A model generated the notes under the pieces. It worked only from the letters and a program-made list of their open reading frames with translations, did no database searches and had not been told where the DNA came from. Positions 16,972 to 27,447 of a stretch of 64,000 nt of DNA are shown here, in pieces. Where the stretch lies: NCBI GenBank assembly GCA_043803945.1, contig JAZDJN010000035.1, positions 1 to 64,000 on the forward strand. The letters run 5' to 3'. The translations under genes and the position numbers were made by a program. Source of the DNA: a bacterium. Lineage in GTDB: Bacteria; Bacteroidota; Ignavibacteria; UBA10030. Numbering within the stretch: position 1 is the first letter of the stretch; every line of letters begins with the position of its first letter.

Positions 16972-19721
16972 CGGCCTACCTCCTGCCTCAATACTTTCTT
17001 GATATAAGGCACAATCTCTCTCGCAATAAGCTCTGGATCGTCATGGTCCATCGAAATCATTATGTTGCCAAAATGGAATTCATACGTGGCCGCTGCCCGA
17101 CTCACTGATTCGGCTGTCTCCACCCTGGTCTGAGCCGACCTGAGATATTCCTGCATCGCAGAACTGGTATCTGGAGTAGACACAACAGTCTTTGCTGATT
17201 CGATATCACGATCGACAATATCGTCTACTGCATCGTAGTCTCCCGTCTCGGATGCATCCATTATCGCAGACGCTTGATCATCGCTAAGACCAACAGCCCT
17301 GCCAAACGATTTGTCAAGAGAAGCGCCATCGAAGCCTGGCTTGAATCCTTTCGGAATATACTTGGCATCCGTAGGTCCGAATCCTTTTACAGAAACATTC
17401 ACTTTAGGCATCTGGACGCTGGGTGTAGATTTCTGCTCTTTGGGCTTCTCTTGTGCGATCGCTGCAGGCAAGAACTTCTGCTTCTTCACAAGCTCCACAG
17501 GTTGAACTCCAGGCAGTGTGGACAAGAATTTCGCTTGTTGTTGCTTTACGGCCTTCATCAACGATTCTGAGGTAACAGCTGTGCCAGACCCATACGAAGC
17601 TTTCGACTTTCCTTCTTTGGCATCCCACTGAAGTGCCGGAATATTGTCAGGACGTATAAATTCAATCTTATCCGACCATTTCTCAGTCTTTGGTATCAAA
17701 TCCATCCCAAGCAATTTCTTTATCGGCTCCGGAATCGCATTGACAATACCATCGATCACTTTCTCTATCTGCTGTGCAACCCACTTGAACACACCAATGA
17801 TAGCGTTGCCAATCTTAACCCAATTCTCACGAACCTTTTGTTTCTTTGCTGCTTCTTCCTCATCGGTCATGAATCCAAGAGACTCACGGAATTTCTTCAA
17901 CTTCGGATATGATTCATCGAGCCACTTGATAACGTCTTCCTTGTTGTTGCTAATCCATCTCATAGCCGCTACCACCGCAAACAATGCAATGCCTAACGCT
18001 ATGTAAGGATTCTTCATCGCTACAGAGTTAAACAAAGCCTGTCCCCATGCTATTGCCTTGACTGCTATCTGGAACATAAACATCAGGGGAAGTATGTATC
18101 CTAGAGCTGCACCGAGAGAATACGCCGCAGTCGTTCCCTTAGGCATTATTTCTACAAAGAAACCAAACGGACGAATGATCGTGCTTATCAAATCAACGAT
18201 ATCTTTAACTCCAGTCCTGAATCCAGCGGCAAAGCCCTCAATGAAACCAACCACTCTTAGTCTCATTACCTCAACAAACACCAAGAACGGAATCAGGTTA
18301 TTCCGCATCTTCGACTGAGATTCTGTTGTCGTATCTGCCATTACCCCCATCCAACCAAGCACCTTCTGAATGAGCCCGCTGACTGACTCAATACTCTTTT
18401 TGATTACCGTAGAAATATATGCCGCAATCATAACGAGCGGACCAGAGTTTTGCTTGATCTTGCCTGTAATATAATTCAGCTCGTCACCTGCTTTAGCCAT
18501 CACACCTATAAACGACTTATTGAGAATACCGCCAAGCGTCAACTTCAATTCATCCTTAATATTTTTCAACTGCTTCATTCGACCATCGAGCGTATTGAAC
18601 TGTACGTCTTTCATCAACGCAACTGTCCCAGAGGCAATCTCTCCAGTTAAAGACTGTGATAACGTCTTCATCTTCTGTGCATCTTCTGATAATCGGATTA
18701 TCAAGCCTGCACTATAGCCGCCAACAATCCTGGTCAAATCGCCGTATCCAATCCCTCGCAATTTCGCTAGGACGGTGTACAAACCCTGAGATTTGATATC
18801 GACATCCTTCATTGACAATCCATACCTGGCAAGAATGTCAGTGTGACGCTTTGTGTCCTGAGCCAACGCTTGGAACATCATGCGTAATCGTGTTCCACCC
18901 TCACCACCCTTGTAATACAAATCGGTTTGACCCATCAGCGCTAACAGCTCGTTGAATGGAACATTCATCGTTACGGCTTCTGTGCCGACCAACTTCAACA
19001 TCTCCGAAAGCCTCTGGGCTGTCAAGCTGCTTACGTTCACAGTTCTCGCCATCTGGTCGAACAGCATATTCGCATCTGAAAGGGGCCTGCCCGTCTTAGC
19101 CAGCAGCCCAAGCATGTCTAATCCGGACTCTTGAACACTATACTGTGTCGCAGTAGCGTAATTCAAAACGGAGGTGGTCAGCTTCTCGACATCCTGTGCT
19201 GCAATAGGGATTGTGGTGGTGAGATCATATCCTGCTTCTGCAATTTCTTTGGCAGAGAACCTGCTGCCAACGGCCATTTTGCGGAACTGGCTGTCTAACA
19301 GATTCATCTCTTGTCTGCTGTAGCCGGTTGCCGCCTCTAAATTCTTCATCGCATATTCGTACTCTTTGGTGGTGAGGATAATACTGTCAATTCCACGCTT
19401 CACAGCATAAATGCCGCCAAGAACAGACACGTACGGAAAAAGACGAATTACCGCAGACCGGAAATTGATAAGGTGAGGCGTAGCACTATCCAGCGAGTTT
19501 GCGAACTGTCGGACTCCACCGCTTGCAGTCGTGCCACGTTTGCCTGCATTGCCTAAGCTGTTTGCCAATCCATCGACGCCAGTACCAGTTTTCTTAGAAT
19601 CGTTCTTCAACTGGTTCGACAATCCAAGGAGTTTCTGAATGCTGGTAGAAATTTTATTCGCATTGACGGAAGCTCCATCAGCTATGTTGATCGCTAAGCC
19701 AAGATTCAGACCGTCAAACAC
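16968..19721 (-). CDS. Tape measure protein
   Basis: 917 aa, helical; FSAKEIAEA, GGEGGTRLR, TLDGRMKQL core; hydrophobic mid-region. Confidence 0.9.
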   Translation of the reverse strand: MFDGLNLGLAINIADGASVNANKISTSIQKLLGLSNQLKNDSKKTGTGVDGLANSLGNAGKRGTTASGGVRQFANSLDSATPHLINFRSAVIRLFPYVSVLGGIYAVKRGIDSIILTTKEYEYAMKNLEAATGYSRQEMNLLDSQFRKMAVGSRFSAKEIAEAGYDLTTTIPIAAQDVEKLTTSVLNYATATQYSVQESGLDMLGLLAKTGRPLSDANMLFDQMARTVNVSSLTAQRLSEMLKLVGTEAVTMNVPFNELLALMGQTDLYYKGGEGGTRLRMMFQALAQDTKRHTDILARYGLSMKDVDIKSQGLYTVLAKLRGIGYGDLTRIVGGYSAGLIIRLSEDAQKMKTLSQSLTGEIASGTVALMKDVQFNTLDGRMKQLKNIKDELKLTLGGILNKSFIGVMAKAGDELNYITGKIKQNSGPLVMIAAYISTVIKKSIESVSGLIQKVLGWMGVMADTTTESQSKMRNNLIPFLVFVEVMRLRVVGFIEGFAAGFRTGVKDIVDLISTIIRPFGFFVEIMPKGTTAAYSLGAALGYILPLMFMFQIAVKAIAWGQALFNSVAMKNPYIALGIALFAVVAAMRWISNNKEDVIKWLDESYPKLKKFRESLGFMTDEEEAAKKQKVRENWVKIGNAIIGVFKWVAQQIEKVIDGIVNAIPEPIKKLLGMDLIPKTEKWSDKIEFIRPDNIPALQWDAKEGKSKASYGSGTAVTSESLMKAVKQQQAKFLSTLPGVQPVELVKKQKFLPAAIAQEKPKEQKSTPSVQMPKVNVSVKGFGPTDAKYIPKGFKPGFDGASLDKSFGRAVGLSDDQASAIMDASETGDYDAVDDIVDRDIESAKTVVSTPDTSSAMQEYLRSAQTRVETAESVSRAAATYEFHFGNIMISMDHDDPELIAREIVPYIKKVLRQEVGR

Positions 19722-19731
19722 GTTGATTCTC

Positions 19732-19955
19732 CTAAATTACACGCCTGCTGAGAGCTTCTAACAGCAACTTCTTATACTGAATCTCACTGTCGATGTCTTT
19801 ACAAATTCGCTCAAAGAGTTGAATTCTTACTGAGCGAGTTAGCGAGAAAATCTCTTTACGGCCGTAGCCTGTATGAACCGATAGGATAAATACTTGCTCG
19901 TCCAGGCCATACTCGTAATCATCATGGAACAGAATACTCGCTAACTCACCAATGG
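19732..19955 (-). CDS. Tail chaperone -1 frameshift extension (gpGT-like)
   Basis: Open -1 frame with no ATG, from slippery T TTT TTC (19962-19956) to TAG at 19732: PIGELASILFHDDYEYGLDEQVFILSVHTGYGRKEIFSL... Confidence 0.75.
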
Positions 19956-20801
19956 GAAAAAACTTGCATAGTCCACGCTGGCGTCATAATCCTGCTTGCA
20001 ATTATTACAGGTGACGGGAGCCTGTAACGAGATCTGCGGCAGCTTGTTTAGTGCATCTCGAATAGCCATGCGGTCATTCGCAATCAAGCCGCCGCGATCG
20101 GCAAAGAATATATTGCCAGCCTGATACGCTTCGAACATTTCAGACGGCATCTCAAACTTGTCCTTAGAACACACAACTCTTTTAAGACGGTCATTTACAA
20201 TCTTTGCCTGAAAATCCAAGACCCGGCTGGTCGTAGATAAATTCTCGTTGCGAAGAGCATCACCAAGCGATGGGATTCCGAACACAAAGGTGTCGAATAC
20301 CTTATCTTCCCACCCAAGCTCTTTCTGATTTCTCTTTTCGGGATCTAGTTGACGCTTCCACCCTCTTGGCAGTTTTACCACAATCTCAGATTGAATCGGA
20401 ACATTGAGATCGACTGTGGGAATCGGCATCTGGTTCAAATCCAAATCGCTGACATTAGGTCTTCCGCAATGCAAACACTTCGTTTTCTGGTTCTTCAACT
20501 CAGAACCATACGTGTTGATATGACCCTTAACAAGAATCAATCCAGCGTCAACGATTGGAATATTTTTCACGATCGGTGGAATCTTCTTCCCATCCGATTC
20601 TACAAAATCACTGGACACGACGTTGTCACCAATTGTGTGTAACAATCCGGACACAACCATCGCAACCCACGTCTGGGGCTTTTCTGACCTCAACATCTGG
20701 TTGTGAATGATGCGCTCGATGAAACCATCAATGAGATTAACCTCGAACGTGCGATAGTCAACTCCCTGATAGGTAAATCCAACTGGTAGTAAATTCGGCA
20801 T
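19941..20801 (-). CDS. Tail assembly chaperone
   Basis: Between tube and tape measure; CxxC pairs, ends ASFFPLVS. Confidence 0.75.
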   Translation of the reverse strand: MPNLLPVGFTYQGVDYRTFEVNLIDGFIERIIHNQMLRSEKPQTWVAMVVSGLLHTIGDNVVSSDFVESDGKKIPPIVKNIPIVDAGLILVKGHINTYGSELKNQKTKCLHCGRPNVSDLDLNQMPIPTVDLNVPIQSEIVVKLPRGWKRQLDPEKRNQKELGWEDKVFDTFVFGIPSLGDALRNENLSTTSRVLDFQAKIVNDRLKRVVCSKDKFEMPSEMFEAYQAGNIFFADRGGLIANDRMAIRDALNKLPQISLQAPVTCNNCKQDYDASVDYASFFPLVS

Positions 20802-20845
20802 AGCTTATTCCTTCTAAATGTCGTAGCGGTGCATATCATTCTATC

Positions 20846-21289
20846 TTAGGCTTCTTCCCAATGATCAACCTGGGCAACATACGTTTGATCGGACTTCGCT
20901 CCATCGCCCTTACCCGACGTGTCGAAATCATTGTATTTGAAGTCATTCATCAGCAAGCCTGTGAAGAGGATCTTCAAGACCTGCTTGCCATGACGATACT
21001 GCACAAAGGAGCCATTGACCTTAACTCCCGTCTTGATTACATCTCGAACAAACTTGGCGAACACCCCGTCTGCCGCAGAGTTATCTCTGGTTCGTGTCAT
21101 GGTGATAGCACCATTCTCCTCAATCCCGTCACTGAAGTTGAACGCCATGTTCGTGCCGCCATCAATGATAGTCATCGTGCCGGTTTTTACACCAATTCCT
21201 GACAACTTGTGGAAGTGAGGACTGGTCAACCCAGGCAGCTCAAAGACCCATCCGTTAATTGGAATGAGGTCATTCGGTTTCTGTTCCAT
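20846..21289 (-). CDS. Tail tube protein (T4 gp19-like)
   Basis: 147 aa after sheath; FHKLSGI, ITMTR, NGSFVQY pattern. Confidence 0.85.
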   Translation of the reverse strand: MEQKPNDLIPINGWVFELPGLTSPHFHKLSGIGVKTGTMTIIDGGTNMAFNFSDGIEENGAITMTRTRDNSAADGVFAKFVRDVIKTGVKVNGSFVQYRHGKQVLKILFTGLLMNDFKYNDFDTSGKGDGAKSDQTYVAQVDHWEEA

Positions 21290-21329
21290 ACTTCTTCTCC
21301 TTTTCGATTCGTTCTTTACTTTACAATTT

Positions 21330-21345
21330 GTCTCACCGGTGAGAC
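21330..21345. repeat. Dispersed 16-bp palindrome GTCTCACCGGTGAGAC
   Basis: Identical to the array core at 37007; sheath-tube intergenic region. Confidence 0.75.
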
Positions 21346-21348
21346 TTT

Positions 21349-22842
21349 TTACTTATCGCTCACGACCAGATTGTCACGAGTCTGAATGATATTGACAGTA
21401 GCGGATTCAATCGCTTCCACAGGATGGAACGAGAAGTCTGCCGCAAGCTCACCGCGGTCAACCATGTCCTGACTGTTGTTCTCATCGTCGCATTTTATCT
21501 TTACGTTGTTCGTAATACCGCCTCGTGTGTTGAAAGCGCCATTCCGATAACAGTCTTGAGCAAAGAACGTAAGGCCGTCTGTCACTCTTCGCCGTGTATC
21601 GTCATTGTTCGGCTCCTGCTCAATCCACATAAAACTGCGCTGGAAGCTGTCAATGAAGAAATTCGTCATTCTCCGGACGTGTGCAGAGTAATGCTTACGC
21701 TGTGAGGAGAATGTCCGAGACGTGCGAACCACAAATCCATAGCCCGGAACATGCTGGACAGGATTGAAGCCAACTGTCTGAACCAGCTCATTCACCTCGG
21801 CATCTGAATAGCCGGGATACTCAAGCTCAACAACGTCTCTCAACGCTGTCGCGGGCCCAGCAGGTGCAACCCACGGAAATCCACCGCGATCCATTGCCTT
21901 GCGAATCCAGGCGGCGCCGGTCACATGGCCAAGGAGAGGAATTGAAATCAAACCGCCATTCTCGTTGTCAACCTTTCCCCACCCCCGATAGCCACACACA
22001 AAGCTCTTCGCCTGCAGCATGGCGGCATAATCCGTTGTCAATGTCGCAATCGAAGTCGCCAACGGTGAAGAACACAAACCGATGGACTTGCGGCCCTCAA
22101 CGTAGCTCTTGAGTGCAGCTGCTCCAGCGGCAGTGTGTAAATCGGCATTGAAGATCACCGGAACCGACTTGCCGTTGAGTTTCGCATATGCGGCTGTATA
22201 ATCAGACGCATCTGGTGCTGAACCATCAACGCCTGCAGTCAATGCAGTCTTCGTGATTGCCTTTGCAGTCAACGTCGCACCTTCAGCCAAGGCGACCTTG
22301 ACATAGAACGATTTGCGATTAATAACATCGACGACATTGCTGTTATTCAACGCTTCATGGATTTCCTTTAACACCTGTGCCGAATCCTTCGGGCCTTGAT
22401 ACCAGACATACACATCACGCTTCGCTGCATCTGATGGCGTGTCTTTGATCTCGATGTAGATACTGTTTCCATCTACACCAGGGCTTTCATACCCAAGATA
22501 CCCGGCTGTGAATACCCACGCATCGGCTGGCGTTCCAGCACCGTCTTTGAAGGTTTTCGTTGCCGCAACGGCTCCATCACCAATCACACGAACCGTGACA
22601 ACGCTTGCGCCATATTCTTGGCAATTCACAAACAAGCCCCGGCGCATGAAACCGCCAAGCCAGTTTGTGCCATAGTCGCCGAACACCTTCTTATCGTCAT
22701 TCACATTATACAGCGGAACAGCGAGTGCCACCGGACCTCGTCGGGACGCCGATACGACACCGACACCAAAAATGTCGCTTGGAACGATTCTGCCGGCATC
22801 TGCTGCGTCTCGTTCATTGATGTTCACTCCAATGTTTGACAT
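21349..22842 (-). CDS. Contractile tail sheath protein
   Basis: GVNINE, RGP, WVAPAG, VRR, EQEPN, VKIKCDDENN motifs. Confidence 0.93.
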   Translation of the reverse strand: MSNIGVNINERDAADAGRIVPSDIFGVGVVSASRRGPVALAVPLYNVNDDKKVFGDYGTNWLGGFMRRGLFVNCQEYGASVVTVRVIGDGAVAATKTFKDGAGTPADAWVFTAGYLGYESPGVDGNSIYIEIKDTPSDAAKRDVYVWYQGPKDSAQVLKEIHEALNNSNVVDVINRKSFYVKVALAEGATLTAKAITKTALTAGVDGSAPDASDYTAAYAKLNGKSVPVIFNADLHTAAGAAALKSYVEGRKSIGLCSSPLATSIATLTTDYAAMLQAKSFVCGYRGWGKVDNENGGLISIPLLGHVTGAAWIRKAMDRGGFPWVAPAGPATALRDVVELEYPGYSDAEVNELVQTVGFNPVQHVPGYGFVVRTSRTFSSQRKHYSAHVRRMTNFFIDSFQRSFMWIEQEPNNDDTRRRVTDGLTFFAQDCYRNGAFNTRGGITNNVKIKCDDENNSQDMVDRGELAADFSFHPVEAIESATVNIIQTRDNLVVSDK

Positions 22843-22859
22843 ACAATAGTCCTCCTTAA

Positions 22860-23102
22860 TTATAGGATCTGTTTAACAATTTTCGCTTGGCACAAGTCTT
22901 TGTAGTGTGAACTCTCCAGAACTGCGATAACCGTCTCAACCGTTGCGTTCGAAGGAATTGATACCTCCGTCAATTCATTATTTAATCTGAACGAAACGAC
23001 TACTACTTGATTCAGCAAGTTTTGGATCTTTACCGATGAAGTGACACCGACTGCTTCTTGAAATACGAAGCTTCGTCGCTCCCTCCTGAATGCTTCACTC
23101 AT
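22860..23102 (-). CDS. Hypothetical tail-region protein
   Basis: 80-aa ORF in operon. Confidence 0.55.
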   Translation of the reverse strand: MSEAFRRERRSFVFQEAVGVTSSVKIQNLLNQVVVVSFRLNNELTEVSIPSNATVETVIAVLESSHYKDLCQAKIVKQIL

Positions 23103-23106
23103 CCCG

Positions 23107-23658
23107 TCACTCCGCTAAGTTTTCTGTTGAAGTTTCTGTTCGAATCTCCCAATCGACGATCGGCGGGCCGTTGACGACATCGGCTGTATAAATCGGGACA
23201 TACAACTCATACACGAAATCATACCTGAAAGTCCCTGCTCCGATATCAGGCAATTCTTGCTGGTCGACTAAAAGTATTTCGTAATTGTCGCCATCAATGG
23301 TGAGCCACGTTTGCCCGCGCCGCTCTGAGAACAAATCGTATAACAAGCGATACAGTATCATTGCGTGATCGAATCGGTTTGAATACGCAGTCACCTGATA
23401 GGTAAACTTGAATCTCTTCGGTGGTTTTTGCTCTTTGACTGTCCCTTCTTGGTCGTCATAGATCATCTTTCCGTTCACATACACTCGATTGGTGATCTTG
23501 GGAATAAACGGCTGAATCACAATGCTTGGATACTCTGGCGTATCTTTCATCTCTGGCTGTGCATTGAAAAACTTACAGGGGACGGCCACTTCTCCAATCT
23601 CTAATCCATCGTGTTTATCAAAAAACGCTTTATGCACTTCCATCATATCGGTGATCAT
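23107..23658 (-). CDS. Tail terminator-like protein
   Basis: YPSIVI, FTYQVTAYS; position upstream of sheath. Confidence 0.65.
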   Translation of the reverse strand: MITDMMEVHKAFFDKHDGLEIGEVAVPCKFFNAQPEMKDTPEYPSIVIQPFIPKITNRVYVNGKMIYDDQEGTVKEQKPPKRFKFTYQVTAYSNRFDHAMILYRLLYDLFSERRGQTWLTIDGDNYEILLVDQQELPDIGAGTFRYDFVYELYVPIYTADVVNGPPIVDWEIRTETSTENLAE

Positions 23659-24152
23659 ACTCCAAACACCTCTACTCTTGTTCTGTTCACTATTGTTTGA
23701 AGCACTGGCTGGAGTTTGTCTTTTAACTCTTCCGCTGTCAATCGATAGACCGGCCTTGCCGGCACATTCCTCGCTGGATCGCCATACTCATGCATCAAGG
23801 CTATCAATGCTATGTCAAGTTTAGAACCTCTGTGCCTCTTACCGCCTTTGATACCTACGAATGCTTTGCCATCTTTAATCGGAGATTTCTTGATGCTGTC
23901 TAACATCTGACCAGTAGCAATCAGAATTCTGGTGTCCAATCCCCTCTTCACTTTCCACTCTTTATACCAAGCCGACAACGGCGCTAACGGTAAATCTTGC
24001 GCCTTAAAATGGTCGACTAACGCCTGATAATACTCTTCCGAGACATCTGCGGCGATGTTATGCTGCAGAGCTTTTATGAACTTTGGCAGCAACGCCAAGT
24101 ACCTCTTAGCTTGCGACCAATCGCCATTCAAAGTGCATTCTACACTAGGCAA
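23655..24152 (-). CDS. Virion morphogenesis / neck protein
   Basis: LIATGQMLDSI, HEYG...VPARP motifs. Confidence 0.75.
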   Translation of the reverse strand: MPSVECTLNGDWSQAKRYLALLPKFIKALQHNIAADVSEEYYQALVDHFKAQDLPLAPLSAWYKEWKVKRGLDTRILIATGQMLDSIKKSPIKDGKAFVGIKGGKRHRGSKLDIALIALMHEYGDPARNVPARPVYRLTAEELKDKLQPVLQTIVNRTRVEVFGV

Positions 24153-24561
24153 TCAGCGGTTCCTTCATTTTGCAGCCAAGTATAGTTTTGATTGACGTTT
24201 CGAACATTCTCGGCTTTGGATCGATCATAGTGATTTCGTATTCATCCACGCCAAACACTATCAGCGACAACTCACGCTGAATATTCAGTTCAAAAGTTTC
24301 TAGCTGCTTTGTGGACAATTCAACAATAAGCCCTGTCTCCTCTGAAACTCCATACCGGCTCTTGACCTTGTTGGATGGATTGACGATTACAATTGCGTTC
24401 AATATCGTCTCATTGACATGTTTCGATGTGACAAATCCAAACCGTGTGTCTTTCGTGCTGCCTTCCGAATCGTATGCTCGATATGTAACGCTCGTCGGAA
24501 TGTCATTTTCCAGGAATTCCAAAAACAGGTCCTTCATTCTGTCGAAGTCACACTTTTCCAT
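24145..24561 (-). CDS. Head-closure (stopper)-like protein
   Basis: 138 aa beta-rich; position between adaptor and neck. Confidence 0.55.
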   Translation of the reverse strand: MEKCDFDRMKDLFLEFLENDIPTSVTYRAYDSEGSTKDTRFGFVTSKHVNETILNAIVIVNPSNKVKSRYGVSEETGLIVELSTKQLETFELNIQRELSLIVFGVDEYEITMIDPKPRMFETSIKTILGCKMKEPLIA

Positions 24562-25217
24562 TATCCCACCATAACAAAAGGCCCAGCGGCCTCTTTATCG
24601 AATTCAGTCAACAGCTTGCCGGCCTCTGTGCTGTACTGGTCGGTCTTTTCTTTTACCTCTCCACCGTCAACATTGATATCGTATGTAGCGAGCATTTTGG
24701 GGATTGCTACTCTCAGGGAAGTTGCTATCGCATACTTCAATATTGTGCGACGATCGACAGGGCTTAGATCCGCCTCTGTAGGGACTCCAAATCCATAGAG
24801 TTTTACTTCTCCCGTAACACCATACGGGAACACTAAGACGCCACGCATCAGGTCATGTCTCCATTCGCCATAGTCTTTGCGCTCGGTGCTATAAGGATAA
24901 TCACGCTGAGTTTCTTCAATCATTGTCAGGTCAACGAGATTGTCACCGGCGTAGACATCAAACGATTTCAATTCGTTCAACCGCCGTCCATTATACCACA
25001 CCTGCTTAACAAGCGTCATTGCCGAAGGAACCTCAGCCTCTGTGACTGTAGAATTCAATGTCAGTGTAGCTTTTACGTTAAAAGGCTTTCGAGAAGAAAA
25101 GGCGCTGATACCTTCCGTCACAATAGACTCCAGCTCTCCGTTGCCCTCTTCACCCTCGAAATATTTGTTCAGATTTCGAGTGCCAAGCTCATATTTCAAC
25201 GGTTCTAATAATGTCAT
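24561..25217 (-). CDS. Head-tail adaptor-like protein
   Basis: Position after head genes; helical ends. Confidence 0.5.
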   Translation of the reverse strand: MTLLEPLKYELGTRNLNKYFEGEEGNGELESIVTEGISAFSSRKPFNVKATLTLNSTVTEAEVPSAMTLVKQVWYNGRRLNELKSFDVYAGDNLVDLTMIEETQRDYPYSTERKDYGEWRHDLMRGVLVFPYGVTGEVKLYGFGVPTEADLSPVDRRTILKYAIATSLRVAIPKMLATYDINVDGGEVKEKTDQYSTEAGKLLTEFDKEAAGPFVMVG

Positions 25218-26902
25218 GGCCTTACCGGTCCAAAATTCTGGCTGAACAACTCAAATATTTTTAACAGCTCCGGCATACTGCGCTTGGCTTGTCTCTTCGC
25301 TGCCTCAAGCATCTCACTGTTACGCGTTACATACCACGATACACTATCGGCAAAATGCTCCTTTGTATTCAACAGGCTGTTGCCGGTCAGGAACCCGCCC
25401 TTCGTATTCCGCTGCCAGTGCTTAGGATTGAATACTCCACCTTCACCAGTGCGCTTCCAACTGATCTGGCAGAACTTCTCATACAATTCCTGATACTGAT
25501 ACTGCAATGAATGGCCAAGCTCATGACTGAAGACATGCTCAAATACACTGTCGCTCAACTCTTTGTTTTCGTTGAAACGCATCCATCTGCCATCTAAAAC
25601 ATATTCTGCTACATTGGCAGCTGCGGCGCCGGTAGCGAATACCTCAGTCAGCTTCATGTTCTTGAGCATCACCTCGTACGGCATTGAATCAAGGATTCGA
25701 GCCATCGAGTTCATCCGGTCAATTGTAAACCTACGATCGACAGTGATACCGTAAATATCTCTCACGTAGTCCGCGGCATCATCCACATTGACGAAATCAC
25801 CAATCCGTTCCGCATTGATGTAGGGCTCATTGTCTGAGGCTGTCTCTACTGATTTAATGTATCTGCGAACACCACGATTGTCCTCGGAGCCTTTTAAAAC
25901 ATTCGTGCCTAACTGATACTCAAGGTAACACCCGCACCGAATCGTATTGCGTGCGCTTGCATCGGGGTCGTGCGGCCGCAGCATCGGTTCGCCATCGACC
26001 ATATACTTCTCTTCGAACTTCAAGGTTTGTCCCATCACCTCTGTGTGCGCTTTCCTTCGGCTCCCTCTGAAAATCTGGAACCAGGTCTTGATCATCTCTA
26101 CGCCTTGGTAATCACGATACTCGGATGCATAATTCCACTCACCATGATTGACAGCGTTCGCGACTTCCGTAATAGCTATCGTTTGAGCATTTGATTTCGG
26201 GCCGAGAATTGACTGAACCCTGTTAGCCATACGAGCCTTACTGTCACCACTGGCATATCCGGAGGCTAAGGACGATCTCAACTTCTCTTTAAGGTTATTG
26301 GTCATTGTCATAGACCGGATCTTGAAATCTTTGTTAAAAAGAAAATCTCTCGCCTTCTCGTTGAACTCTCTATACTTTGCGTCAAAGTTAATTCCAATCT
26401 TCAAGCTGAAGGGTGAACTCGCTGTGCGTTTTTCAAGAACTTCCTTGTCCGGGACGTTAATCATGTTCGATCTGGCATAATCGAAAACCTTTTCATTCGA
26501 CCGCAATCCCTTTGTGTGAATCCTGAAATCGTGAAAACGTTTGTTCTGTTCACTCCTGATATCTTGATACAACTCTCCTACTCCACCACGATATGCCTTC
26601 ACTCTCGAACTAAGGATTGACAGCCCAAATGCTAAATAAAAAGGCAAACCCTTTGTGAATCCAGACTGCTCTCCGATAAACTCTTGCCGCACCTCTGATT
26701 CTACTTCAGGATTTGCCTTCATTGGTATATTGTCGAGACCTTCGACCTTCTGTCTCAAGAGCGCATATAATTTCTCCCTCTCGATCGACTCACTTTCACC
26801 TTCTACTCCATTGATTGCAGACTCAAAATCATCATAGACTTCGTCGTAATAGGTCTGCAAAGTGTTTTGAAGCTCAGTGATGTCATCTCGGAAATCATAC
26901 AT
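25214..26902 (-). CDS. MuF (phage minor head) protein with C-terminal zinc metallopeptidase
   Basis: AQTIAITEV, KTW...RKAH...GQ, RPHDP...NTIRCGC; C-terminal HELGH and EHFADS. Confidence 0.85.
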   Translation of the reverse strand: MYDFRDDITELQNTLQTYYDEVYDDFESAINGVEGESESIEREKLYALLRQKVEGLDNIPMKANPEVESEVRQEFIGEQSGFTKGLPFYLAFGLSILSSRVKAYRGGVGELYQDIRSEQNKRFHDFRIHTKGLRSNEKVFDYARSNMINVPDKEVLEKRTASSPFSLKIGINFDAKYREFNEKARDFLFNKDFKIRSMTMTNNLKEKLRSSLASGYASGDSKARMANRVQSILGPKSNAQTIAITEVANAVNHGEWNYASEYRDYQGVEMIKTWFQIFRGSRRKAHTEVMGQTLKFEEKYMVDGEPMLRPHDPDASARNTIRCGCYLEYQLGTNVLKGSEDNRGVRRYIKSVETASDNEPYINAERIGDFVNVDDAADYVRDIYGITVDRRFTIDRMNSMARILDSMPYEVMLKNMKLTEVFATGAAAANVAEYVLDGRWMRFNENKELSDSVFEHVFSHELGHSLQYQYQELYEKFCQISWKRTGEGGVFNPKHWQRNTKGGFLTGNSLLNTKEHFADSVSWYVTRNSEMLEAAKRQAKRSMPELLKIFELFSQNFGPVRP

Positions 26903-26908
26903 ACTGCC

Positions 26909-27367
26909 TTATCCATTTGGATGAACTGATAAGATATGTGCATTGAGTTTCTTCTTCGACGTAAACCCTGCAACATCACAATGCGGACACTTGATTATCG
27001 ATGAAGCATTTGCCGGAGACTCAGCGTTATTCAAACCCTGATCTGACACCAAGGTAAATGCAGGTTGATTTTGCCCCAGCTCATCGTCACTCGCCTCTAT
27101 CTGTGGGGCTAAAAACGCATCGCCTAACGACTCCTGAATCGTTGCATCTTCAAGCGTAAGCTGCTTGGTAAGATCGGTCTCTGTGATTGTCAAATCTGTT
27201 GCACTAATCGACTTTCTTGCCGCTTCAATATCGTCACACACCCATCCTTCATTTGAATCGTGCAACTCGATAGCTCTTAACGCTGTCACTCGGATCGAGG
27301 CTCCGGATTGAACGAACTGACCGAATAGGTTTGTGGCGAATATCTTTGTCCATCGAACTTCAAACAT
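26909..27367 (-). CDS. Hypothetical protein with C-terminal C2H2-like zinc finger
   Basis: CPHC...HILSVH; GGAGGA RBS before ATG 27367. Confidence 0.6.
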   Translation of the reverse strand: MFEVRWTKIFATNLFGQFVQSGASIRVTALRAIELHDSNEGWVCDDIEAARKSISATDLTITETDLTKQLTLEDATIQESLGDAFLAPQIEASDDELGQNQPAFTLVSDQGLNNAESPANASSIIKCPHCDVAGFTSKKKLNAHILSVHPNG

Positions 27368-27447
27368 CGTTTCCTCCGTAGTAACCTTCCTGCGGCAGCA
27401 GCAATATTCAGCTGCCACCGCATGGAAGGGATGTGGAATTGGGAAAA

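Noticed and set aside
11291-23658. Calling the locus a classic eCIS or R-type tailocin
   Set aside because: Capsid, MuF, neck, full tape measure and many early genes are present, and no Afp15-like ATPase is in the operon
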